Shown: in pieces, positions 38,500 through 46,606 of the stretch
How the letters are laid out: each line of letters starts with the position of its first letter
Position numbering within the stretch: the stretch's first letter is position 1
IMG/VR virus record: IMGVR_UViG_3300030329_006583
Coordinates: 1-64,000 of that record
Reading direction: 5' to 3' (one strand)
Length of the DNA stretch: 64,000 bases
Translations under genes and position numbers: made by a program
The notes under the pieces: generated by a model
Told to the model about the DNA's origin: nothing
Database searches by the model: none
What the model saw: the letters and a program-made list of their open reading frames with translations, nothing else

Positions 38500-38530
38500 A
38501 AAAAAAAGGGGTGGCCATTGGCCACCCCTT
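38500..38530 (-). terminator. Rho-independent terminator after major capsid gene
   Basis: AAGGGGTGGCC/GGCCACCCCTT stem with U-run on the minus strand. Confidence 0.9.
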
Positions 38531-38552
38531 ATGTTCCACTATCTAATATGAA

Positions 38553-40505
38553 TTAGATGATGTTAAGGTCAAGAACCGTAACAGTACCGTAGAAATCGCT
38601 GCGAACCATCTTCTTACCGTAGCGAGTCATGACACCCTTACGTGGGGTGAAGTCCTCAGGAGCGAAGATAGTAGGTGTAACGATGAGCGGTACATACGGA
38701 GCGTAAACATAACCTGTCTCAAGATAGCTACCGCCCTTGAACCCAACAAGTACCTTGTTGCGAGGGAAGTAAGGATCTTTGTAAACCGTGAAACGATTGC
38801 TCAGTGTACCAACCTTCTCGGCACCGAGTGAGAACGGAGCACTGACCTGGCCTTCACCATCAAGGGTGTAAGCAGGACGATAGAGCACCGAAGCCTCAAG
38901 CATGGTAGCCACATCAGGTGAAACCACGATAAAGTTGGCAGAACCACGCAGTGTCAGGCGATGAATCTCATTGGCAACATCAATGATTGTCTCAACAAGA
39001 GTCTCGTACCACTCACGGACGGTGCCTGTGAAGGCGGGTCCCGGTGAGAGTGAGGAAGCTTTATCAACCGCAATACCTGTGGTGCGATTAACAAACTTGC
39101 CCGGAGCACGTGACCAGTAACGCTGTGTCTTCGCCTGTGTAAGAAGATCATTGAGGATTTCACGATCAATCTCGAGAGCAATCTGCTCGGAGAGGATCTG
39201 TGTAAGCTCAACTTCCGCATCCAGACTGTGATACGCATTCAAGTCCTGTGCAAGTTCCGGAGACCAGCGAGCACGGAGCTTACGGGTCACAGCAGTAACT
39301 GCAAGAGACTCAACCTTGATGTCAATATCCGGAATTGCCGGTGACGGTGTAGCACCGAAGTTAGACTCAAAGGCAGGAATGGTCAGTGTATCCCCATCTG
39401 CACCCACACTAAGTGCAGGATCAACCGGGAATGCCAAAGTCAAACCGGAATCAAATGAAGGAGAGGCATGGGTTGCATCAACACCATTACCGGAACAAAT
39501 CATAAGCAACGCGGTAGTGGCTGCAGCAGGATCTGCCATGGCATCAGGGGTAAATGTAGTACCATCCCATGTACCAATTTGGTTCAAACGTCGAACATTA
39601 AGCAGGTTGGTGCTAGCTTGCACAGCATTAGCGCCTACATTGGTCACGAATTTGAATCCTGTACCGCCGGCGACGGGGGCAACACCGTCATTTACGTAAA
39701 GACCGAAGTCCTTCACCATAGTCCAGTCAGCAACACCACCGTTGGCACTATCACCGCTAGCATCAAAATTCGCAGTCCTTGCGAGAACAGCGATGTATGA
39801 CGCGGGGCTGTTCGGGCCACCAACATCTTCAATGCGCGAAGTAAGTTGAGGATCAAACTGTAACAGTTTACCATCAGAACCTGTGGCCCTGAGGAATGTT
39901 CCATTTAAACCACCGCCTGTGATAGTGCTACCATCTCCGTATGCACCAGATACCACTAGATCAGCTGTGTCCATTGCGGCTGAATCATATACCCGTGAGT
40001 AACCAGAACCGGCCAGGTTATACTGCCCACCAATTCCTAAAGAACCTGATTGCACACCTTTACCTGTGGGCTCATTATATATGGAAGTACCACTAGCATA
40101 CACTGCGGCGCCCTGGGAGTTCCCTGGGAGTGCGGCAGTTGAACCATAAGTGTAATCAAGATAAAAGAGCAGGCCAGAAGGCAGGCTCATAGGCTGGATT
40201 GAAACCAGCTCATTTGCAACAAGGCCACCAAAAACGCGTCGAACGATTGGAAAAGCAATGTTGCTAAAACCACGAAGGTCACCAGAGGAAGTCATGGCAC
40301 CCCCACCGGTAGAAATGGAGCTTTGCTCCCTAAGTACTTGGCCAGCTTGGTTTTCAAGCATGCGTGACATGTTCTCTCTTTTGACTCCATCGAGTCCACG
40401 GAGAAGACCTGTGCGCGCCCACTTTTCAACTAGCCGACGGTTTTGGGAACCCAAGTGCCGTTGGCGGATTCCCTCTGTCAGTTGATCAAGTGAAAAATTC
40501 TTCAT
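38553..40505 (-). CDS. Major capsid protein (T4 gp23-like)
   Basis: LVEKW..TGLL, MLENQ, FPIVRRVF..LVANELVSIQPM..PSGL.FYLD, TRKLRARWSPELAQDL.A.H.LDAE.EL, EIDREI, YAPYVPL, PRKGVMTRYG. Confidence 0.97.
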   Translation of the reverse strand: MKNFSLDQLTEGIRQRHLGSQNRRLVEKWARTGLLRGLDGVKRENMSRMLENQAGQVLREQSSISTGGGAMTSSGDLRGFSNIAFPIVRRVFGGLVANELVSIQPMSLPSGLLFYLDYTYGSTAALPGNSQGAAVYASGTSIYNEPTGKGVQSGSLGIGGQYNLAGSGYSRVYDSAAMDTADLVVSGAYGDGSTITGGGLNGTFLRATGSDGKLLQFDPQLTSRIEDVGGPNSPASYIAVLARTANFDASGDSANGGVADWTMVKDFGLYVNDGVAPVAGGTGFKFVTNVGANAVQASTNLLNVRRLNQIGTWDGTTFTPDAMADPAAATTALLMICSGNGVDATHASPSFDSGLTLAFPVDPALSVGADGDTLTIPAFESNFGATPSPAIPDIDIKVESLAVTAVTRKLRARWSPELAQDLNAYHSLDAEVELTQILSEQIALEIDREILNDLLTQAKTQRYWSRAPGKFVNRTTGIAVDKASSLSPGPAFTGTVREWYETLVETIIDVANEIHRLTLRGSANFIVVSPDVATMLEASVLYRPAYTLDGEGQVSAPFSLGAEKVGTLSNRFTVYKDPYFPRNKVLVGFKGGSYLETGYVYAPYVPLIVTPTIFAPEDFTPRKGVMTRYGKKMVRSDFYGTVTVLDLNII

Positions 40506-40544
40506 TTTTTATTCTCCTATAAATAAAAATTGATTTAAATCGAG

Positions 40545-42233
40545 TTAGTTCTTGTTCGAAATTCCCGCAAGAACAGCCCATCGATCTACCTCATTTCCAT
40601 TGTTGGTCGCGCTTGCTGACCGGATTGATCTGGAAGACGAACCGAGCGTCCTAGCATTACGTCCCTCAGCCAACGACTTCTTGGAAGATCGCTTGTTCAG
40701 GGAAGTAGTCAAGCTCTTGTAAAGCAACTTTGCCTCACGAAGAGTTTTTGCATTATCCAATGCCTCAACAATTGCTCGTTGCTGCTTGGTGTTGAGATTC
40801 CTATTCTGCATTAACTTGTTAACATAAAGAAGCTTTGCATTAAACAGATTCATCTCAGTAAGTTGGGTCTTGAGGGTACCAACAGCCTTGCGGTACTCAA
40901 CCAACTTACGCTTAAGAGCACGATTGGTGCGGCTCTCATTCATTCTTTTTTGCCGACGAGATTCAACAACAGGTTCCGGCACATCATCGGGACCCAATTC
41001 ATCAGCCAAGGCATTAATGAGATCTTCCTCATCAATATCCAATATTACATCGCCAAGATCTTCAGCAGGTGATGGTACAAAAGTATCCACTGCCTCTTCT
41101 TGCTCACGAAGTTTACGCATGCGGTGTAATTCCCTGCGAAGAACGGCTTCATCGATTTCCAGGACTTCTTCTTCCTCGACATCAATTTCAATTTCCTCTT
41201 CACCGGCGGCTTCAGCTGAAACGTCTAGGCCTAGTGCATCACCAAGATCCTCAATGGCATCCTCGATATCTGCAACAGGCACAACTTCGCCAACGTCCTC
41301 AATGGGACTAGCCTCAACCTCAACCTCTTCCTCTTCAACTTCAACTTCCTCGTCTTGCTCCAAGAGCTCCTGCAAGTAAGCCTCCATTACCTCATCAGAA
41401 ACTTCCTCTTCGGCGGCGCCTTCCTCGTCCTGAACGACTACGTCAACGTCCAAGTCCTCTAGGCTAGCCGAATCCTCCACTCCCAATGCCTCAATGTCAT
41501 CTTCATCGAAAACAACATCGAACTCATCTAGATCTTTGTGATCACCTTCATATTGGCCTTCGAAAAGCCTATCAAACAAAGTGTTAGTTCGTCGTTTTGA
41601 CATTTTTTTTATCTCCTTAACGATATAATTGTATTTCAAACGAATTTCCTCAGTATTCGCCGTACCTTCAGTAAGTATTACGTCTTGACGTAAACTTATC
41701 ATTTCTTTTATCAACTGTGTGTAATATTTACGCACAGTCTCACGTAATGCGGAATTTTCACCAACATTCCCGATGTGTTTTACAAGGCGCTGTAAAACTT
41801 TGACATTACCAGATATTTTATCTAACGCCTCAGAAAGCCCGGTGGGACCATTCAATCTAGATGGATTCCTGATTAGTGAGGCCAATGCCCTTGCAGATTC
41901 TGCATTTAAATTCAAAAGTAAATCATCGTCCACTTCTTCATCACCTGTGTCATTTTCTACTTCCATATCACCGGTGGTCACTGCAATGCTAGCATCACCA
42001 TCAACATTAATGTTAACAGTTTGAGAAGAATCGTCAACATCGGTCTCATCTTCTTCTATATCTAGCGCATCTTCTATGTGCCCATATATTTCTTCATCTC
42101 CCATTAATTCATTTTCAATTAAAGAACGAATCTTGGGTGCCATTGCATCTATGATTTTGTTTTTTGCATTTTGCTCAGCCAATTCCTTAAGCTTTTTAGC
42201 ATCCGCAATTGCTTCATCGAACATTGTTGACAT
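40545..42233 (-). CDS. Prohead core scaffold protein (gp22-like)
   Basis: Very acidic, coiled-coil; C-terminal EMNLFNAKLLYVNKL...IVEALDNAKTLREAKLLY; immediately upstream of MCP. Confidence 0.8.
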   Translation of the reverse strand: MSTMFDEAIADAKKLKELAEQNAKNKIIDAMAPKIRSLIENELMGDEEIYGHIEDALDIEEDETDVDDSSQTVNINVDGDASIAVTTGDMEVENDTGDEEVDDDLLLNLNAESARALASLIRNPSRLNGPTGLSEALDKISGNVKVLQRLVKHIGNVGENSALRETVRKYYTQLIKEMISLRQDVILTEGTANTEEIRLKYNYIVKEIKKMSKRRTNTLFDRLFEGQYEGDHKDLDEFDVVFDEDDIEALGVEDSASLEDLDVDVVVQDEEGAAEEEVSDEVMEAYLQELLEQDEEVEVEEEEVEVEASPIEDVGEVVPVADIEDAIEDLGDALGLDVSAEAAGEEEIEIDVEEEEVLEIDEAVLRRELHRMRKLREQEEAVDTFVPSPAEDLGDVILDIDEEDLINALADELGPDDVPEPVVESRRQKRMNESRTNRALKRKLVEYRKAVGTLKTQLTEMNLFNAKLLYVNKLMQNRNLNTKQQRAIVEALDNAKTLREAKLLYKSLTTSLNKRSSKKSLAEGRNARTLGSSSRSIRSASATNNGNEVDRWAVLAGISNKN

Positions 42234-42255
42234 TAGTGTCTCCTCGTTTTAAAAG

Positions 42256-42262
42256 TAAATAT
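42256..42262 (-). promoter_or_regulatory. Candidate late-promoter motif ATATTTA (scaffold-MCP)
   Basis: 22 nt before the scaffold ATG. Confidence 0.5.
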
Positions 42263-42281
42263 AACAATAAAAACGTTTAAT

Positions 42282-42512
42282 TCATTTACTTTTTTTTGTT
42301 TGTTCCCTCTGGTACCTTCTTTTACCGGCATGTTTTTTCCGCCGGCGCCGTTCGCCCTTGGGTATAAAAAAACGTCGATCCGTGACTTCTTTCACTATCC
42401 CCTCTTCTTTGCATTTTTTTATAAACCGCCTAATAAGCTGTTCCTGGGTCCTTATTTTACCACCCAATTTCACGCTTACATTCACCGGTGTTTTTTTCCC
42501 CACAACTACCAC
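42282..42512 (-). CDS. rpsU: Ribosomal protein bS21
   Basis: LIRRFIKKCKEEGIVKEVTDRRFFIPKGERRRRKKHAGKRR matches the bS21 pattern (LxRFKxxxxxxGxxxExxxRxxxxxP/KxxxRxxxK). Alternative GTG start at 42503 has AGGTGG upstream. Confidence 0.85.
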   Translation of the reverse strand: MVVVGKKTPVNVSVKLGGKIRTQEQLIRRFIKKCKEEGIVKEVTDRRFFIPKGERRRRKKHAGKRRYQREQTKKSK

Positions 42513-42534
42513 CTGTTTAAAATACTGTTAATGT

Positions 42535-43167
42535 TTAAATATTTTGTGTGTTTTGATCATGTATTCTTTGCATTATTTTTTCTATTTTAGCCAAAGTCAT
42601 TTCATCATCACTTAAAATATCCTGTAATCTATATGCACCAATGCCTTCATCATAATCAACCGCAATCTGAGAGGGTGGAGGGGCGTGTGAATACCCTTGT
42701 TCAGTACCTGTACGTTTAGCCGCTGCAGGATCAATTGAAGGATTAGTTGAAGAGCCACCTGAAATTGCCTGTATTTTTTTACTCCACCCCGGAAAGGGAA
42801 CAATACTATTTTTCATATATGGAAGCGAAGACTCTGAAACGCCCCCTATACCCGGAGTATTTCCTGCAACAAAATAAAAAGGATCTGTTTTATTTTTTGC
42901 CAAAGAATCAACCGGTAAATAACCCATGTTAATTTTCTTTACAAATACGTCCAATTCATCTTCATCCATGCTAGTTACGTCTTCACCATCCTCATAAAGA
43001 TCTGGTGCCATATAAGGAAAATCAGAACCTGCATTCCTAGGTGCATTAAAACCGGTTGGATATAATTGACCATAACCTAACCCTTTTCTGTCGTCATAAA
43101 ATACCGGGCTATGGTTTCGATAGGTACCATTAATATTTACCTTTGCTTTTTTTGGAATGTGGGGCAT
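42535..43167 (-). CDS. Hypothetical protein in head module
   Basis: Start revised to MPHIPKK (ATG 43167), directly after the upstream stop; Gly/Pro/Asp-rich. Confidence 0.65.
   Translation of the reverse strand: MPHIPKKAKVNINGTYRNHSPVFYDDRKGLGYGQLYPTGFNAPRNAGSDFPYMAPDLYEDGEDVTSMDEDELDVFVKKINMGYLPVDSLAKNKTDPFYFVAGNTPGIGGVSESSLPYMKNSIVPFPGWSKKIQAISGGSSTNPSIDPAAAKRTGTEQGYSHAPPPSQIAVDYDEGIGAYRLQDILSDDEMTLAKIEKIMQRIHDQNTQNI
42536..42542 (-). promoter_or_regulatory. Candidate late-promoter motif ATATTTA (bS21)
   Basis: Overlaps the stop of the upstream gene; 23 nt before GTG 42512. Confidence 0.45.
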
Positions 43168-43168
43168 C

Positions 43169-43810
43169 TTACCCAACCTCGGGTGGTGATGTAGGTTCAA
43201 GTGTCATGCCAGATTTACCTTTTAAATACGTACCCAAAACATCCGGTGGTGCTTCATGATCTTGATAATTTTCCTGAAGTGACCAGCCAGGTGTACCTGG
43301 ATGGAATGGATTAACAATTCTTTGTGCACCATCATGTGGGCTCACATTTGTTCCCTCACCTACAAAAGGTGATGATCCTATTTTTGCTGGTGAATTGGCG
43401 TCTTCTTTTTGTTCATCATTAGGGGCAGGTTGTGTATAAGGATCTGCGTTAGGAGCACTATTGAGGTTTGGAACAAATGAACTAAATGGATCACCTGCTT
43501 GGTACACATATGTATCACCGAGCCCAAAATCATAAGAAGGTGCACCTTTGTAATCGCGACTATATGGCACCGGGAAACCCCAATAAGAAGTAGATTCAGG
43601 CACATCACCCCTCATCACTTCTTTTGTAAATTTCAGGCTAACACTTACGTCAGTAAGATTATTCGTATTGCTAATATTGGGGTCACCATTAATGGGGCTG
43701 GCTGGAAATTGTTCTGAAAGCGCTGTGGAATTAGAGGTGGAATAACCATTAACCGGCCCTAAACTGGCTGCATCGGTTGGGTTATCAATTTCCACCACAC
43801 CATGCTTCAT
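43169..43810 (-). CDS. Pro/Gly-rich hypothetical protein, paralog B
   Basis: Shares LGPVNGYSxSNxxxLS..F..SPI, GDP.S..VPN..S and LG.YL with the adjacent gene. Confidence 0.7.
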   Translation of the reverse strand: MKHGVVEIDNPTDAASLGPVNGYSTSNSTALSEQFPASPINGDPNISNTNNLTDVSVSLKFTKEVMRGDVPESTSYWGFPVPYSRDYKGAPSYDFGLGDTYVYQAGDPFSSFVPNLNSAPNADPYTQPAPNDEQKEDANSPAKIGSSPFVGEGTNVSPHDGAQRIVNPFHPGTPGWSLQENYQDHEAPPDVLGTYLKGKSGMTLEPTSPPEVG

Positions 43811-43815
43811 TTATC

Positions 43816-44340
43816 CTATCCATCCGTATAGAGTGACTGGCCAGGTTGATCGGCAGGGGAGAGGTAATCCCCTAATTTAACGCTGGCAATTGCGTTCGAT
43901 GTTTTAGATGGGTTCTCAGTACCAGCACCCTTACCAAACGTTCCGTTAGTGGGTTGTTGACCAAATCCTTCTGGCGGAGCCGGTATATCTGTTGGGTTTG
44001 TTGATCCTGGGCCTGGTGATGCTGGATTTGGAACGTACGGAGAAGCGGGATCGCCACCGCCGCCGGTCTTCACATTGTCCATGTCTGGCGCGCCACCAAA
44101 TTTAGGATCAAATTCAGGAAAATCAGGATTAGAGCCTTTCCATGCAGATGAAGGTTTTTGCAGCACCGTCTCAAATTCGCCGGTAGCCTCATTATCATCA
44201 TAGGTAATTGTCTTTCCAATAATCGGTGAAAATGTAAAAATCTTGCTCAGGGTTTCTGTATTAGATTGTGAATAACCATTCACCGGACCAAGGCCGCCTT
44301 CACCTTTATTAGGTTCCAGCATAGTTTGTTTTGAAGACAT
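43816..44340 (-). CDS. Pro/Gly-rich hypothetical protein, paralog A
   Basis: LGPVNGYSQSNTETLSKIFTFSPI, GDPASPYVPNPAS, LGDYL; GGGAG SD. Confidence 0.7.
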   Translation of the reverse strand: MSSKQTMLEPNKGEGGLGPVNGYSQSNTETLSKIFTFSPIIGKTITYDDNEATGEFETVLQKPSSAWKGSNPDFPEFDPKFGGAPDMDNVKTGGGGDPASPYVPNPASPGPGSTNPTDIPAPPEGFGQQPTNGTFGKGAGTENPSKTSNAIASVKLGDYLSPADQPGQSLYTDG

Positions 44341-44361
44341 TTCTTTCTCCCGAAATTTAAA

Positions 44362-44640
44362 TTAAAGTTTCTTAATAATTCTTTTACGTAATTTTTGTTT
44401 AGCCTCTATAATTCGATTGAGGCGTTTCTTGAGTTTTCCTTCCTTGATTTTCAAAGCTGACATCCACTCAACGTCATTCTCTAGGGAATCTGCCAACTCA
44501 TCAGCAGGTACTTCTTCTACTTTGTCAGCAACATCAATAGAATCTTCTTCACCTGTTTCGAGAACTTCCATCATCTTTTTCTTTTCTTCCAACACCAATT
44601 TCTTAAGTAATGCCGGGGTTAGTTTTGTTTTCTTAGCCAT
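44362..44640 (-). CDS. Small head-module protein (LKKLVLEE helix, acidic core, basic coiled tail)
   Basis: 92 aa; GGAGGAG SD. Confidence 0.7.
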   Translation of the reverse strand: MAKKTKLTPALLKKLVLEEKKKMMEVLETGEEDSIDVADKVEEVPADELADSLENDVEWMSALKIKEGKLKKRLNRIIEAKQKLRKRIIKKL

Positions 44641-44715
44641 TCCCTATCTCCTCCAATGAAAAAGCTATATGCATATACATATTTCGTTGAAAAAGTTTCT
44701 TTCTGTATTTTTTAA

Positions 44716-45129
44716 TTATGGGAGTTTCTTCTCGGCGAATGCCAACGTTGCCCAATTCCCTGCAACGTCACCAAATGCATCTAATGATTCCCCAGAAGGT
44801 CCTGGGCCGGAGCCCATCATTTGTGAAGACATTCCTGGGTAACTCTCTGCAGATGTTTGTTCTTGCAGTGTGGTAACAGCAGTATCAGCTAATATTGATG
44901 CCATAACAGGATCATCGGTGATTTGCCCAACGGTGGATTGCACCTTTTTCTCAAATTTAATATTGTCAAGCGCTTGAGTTCGCCTAAGGTGTTGGTTTTC
45001 TAATTCAAGTTGTTTTTGTTCACGAAGGTGTGATTTTTTGATTTTATTTTCACCAATACCCTCTGATAGAATCTCAACCAGACATTCCTTAACAAGCGAT
45101 TTTAACATTTTTCTAGAAAGCTTTGCCAT
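44716..45129 (-). CDS. Small head-module protein (LKSLVKECLVEIL helix)
   Basis: 137 aa, directly after the prohead protease. Confidence 0.7.
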   Translation of the reverse strand: MAKLSRKMLKSLVKECLVEILSEGIGENKIKKSHLREQKQLELENQHLRRTQALDNIKFEKKVQSTVGQITDDPVMASILADTAVTTLQEQTSAESYPGMSSQMMGSGPGPSGESLDAFGDVAGNWATLAFAEKKLP

Positions 45130-45138
45130 TTTATTATT

Positions 45139-45747
45139 TTATTTCCAATCCAATATATCGTTAAATAGACGATCAACCCGATCGGTTTGATTAAAAACCT
45201 TTTTAAGATCTTCCCTTCTTACCTCACGGCCTTCTTTCATCATAAATGCGCCAGGAGTTGATGGTTCTGAAACAAAATCCCAACATATCAATTGGAAATC
45301 ATCTTGTACGATATCATAATCGCCTTGCTGGTTTGTGGAACCAACACCTCGTGAAGATATACCTAATGTTACCCCAGATTCAACAAGGCTTTTGAGTATT
45401 TTGCCACAAGGGGTATCCAACAGTTCAACCACCCCGTAAACAACATCACCCTCCATATACGCCTCACGAATGATATGAGAAACGTTTTTTAATTCTACAA
45501 CAGAACTATCTGGGTGATCGCATTCTCCTAGTGCACGATTTTCACGAATAAACTTTTGGTAGTTTCTAATTTCTCTCTCTAAAATCTCGCGTGGATAAAC
45601 ACGGCCATTTTGATTTAGGGTTTCCGCCTTTTGGAGAACACCTTTCATCATAATCTTACCATTGTTTTTTTCCATTGACTCCTTTATCATATCTTTGTTA
45701 TATTCAAAAGGCGACCAGTCGGTAATTACTTTTAAATTAGCACTCAC
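45139..45747 (-). CDS. Prohead core protease (T4 gp21-like)
   Basis: GVLQKAETLNQNGRVYP, ALGECDHP, NVSHII, LGISSRGVGS, WDFVSEPSTPGAFM. Confidence 0.95.
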   Translation of the reverse strand: MSANLKVITDWSPFEYNKDMIKESMEKNNGKIMMKGVLQKAETLNQNGRVYPREILEREIRNYQKFIRENRALGECDHPDSSVVELKNVSHIIREAYMEGDVVYGVVELLDTPCGKILKSLVESGVTLGISSRGVGSTNQQGDYDIVQDDFQLICWDFVSEPSTPGAFMMKEGREVRREDLKKVFNQTDRVDRLFNDILDWK

Positions 45748-46606
45748 TTTGATTCTCCAAAAGTTCCTGTTTCAAACTTGATATAGTTAATAGGCGAGAA
45801 ACGGTAGCATCATCAATTCTCTTTACCTGAAAATTTTCAATCTTTTTTATAACATTGCCTACTTTTTCATTTAATACTTCGTTCTTGCATGTTAAAGCAA
45901 ATTCACGAATCTCATCAACAGCCAATTTTTTAAGAGTATTGTATTTTTCAATTTTTGCAGGATCATTTAATGATGTCTCAAACACGTATTGTTTAATAAT
46001 ACCTTTCTGTTCCTCATTTAAAGACTCACCATATTTTTTATTGAATTTTTCATTCATAATTTTAAGTGTCAATACGTTAATATCTTTATTGTCGTAATCC
46101 GGTGTTACAGAACCAGAGGTAGTACCCTCTGCTAGTAACCAATTTATGACATCATTTTCATATTTAACAACCCTGGCAATGTCTGCATGTTCCCTCAATC
46201 TCCAATCATTTAATAATGTTTGGATTGTGGCATAACTACGATATTCCTTAATACGTTGGTTATAAAAATTGGAATCATCCAGCGTATGATTAATTTTTTT
46301 AATTAACGCGGATTTTTCATGCCTAAGTTTATTACCGTCAAATTTTCTAGATGCATTTCTAGCATCCTCAAGAATCCTATTAGCCAATGCCTCCCGGGGA
46401 ACACGGGTTTTTACTAGTGCATTAAACAATCTAAATTCACGATATAATTGACTCCCCGGTTTAAAACATTCTCTAATTATTCTCAACGTTATCCTGGCTT
46501 TTACATAATCTTTTTCAAGCACAGCTTTGGACATATATTTTGTTAATTGTTCAAATATGATCCCGACATTTCGTTTTTTATTGTGAGATCCTTTACTCAT
46601 TTTCAT
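45737..46606 (-). CDS. Hypothetical helical protein between portal and protease
   Basis: 289 aa, overlapping both neighbours; N-terminal HNKKRNVGIIFEQL. Confidence 0.7.
   Translation of the reverse strand: MKMSKGSHNKKRNVGIIFEQLTKYMSKAVLEKDYVKARITLRIIRECFKPGSQLYREFRLFNALVKTRVPREALANRILEDARNASRKFDGNKLRHEKSALIKKINHTLDDSNFYNQRIKEYRSYATIQTLLNDWRLREHADIARVVKYENDVINWLLAEGTTSGSVTPDYDNKDINVLTLKIMNEKFNKKYGESLNEEQKGIIKQYVFETSLNDPAKIEKYNTLKKLAVDEIREFALTCKNEVLNEKVGNVIKKIENFQVKRIDDATVSRLLTISSLKQELLENQSEC

Noticed and set aside
40870-41379. 169-aa Ser-rich plus-strand ORF
   Set aside because: Reverse complement of the Glu/Asp-rich scaffold codons.
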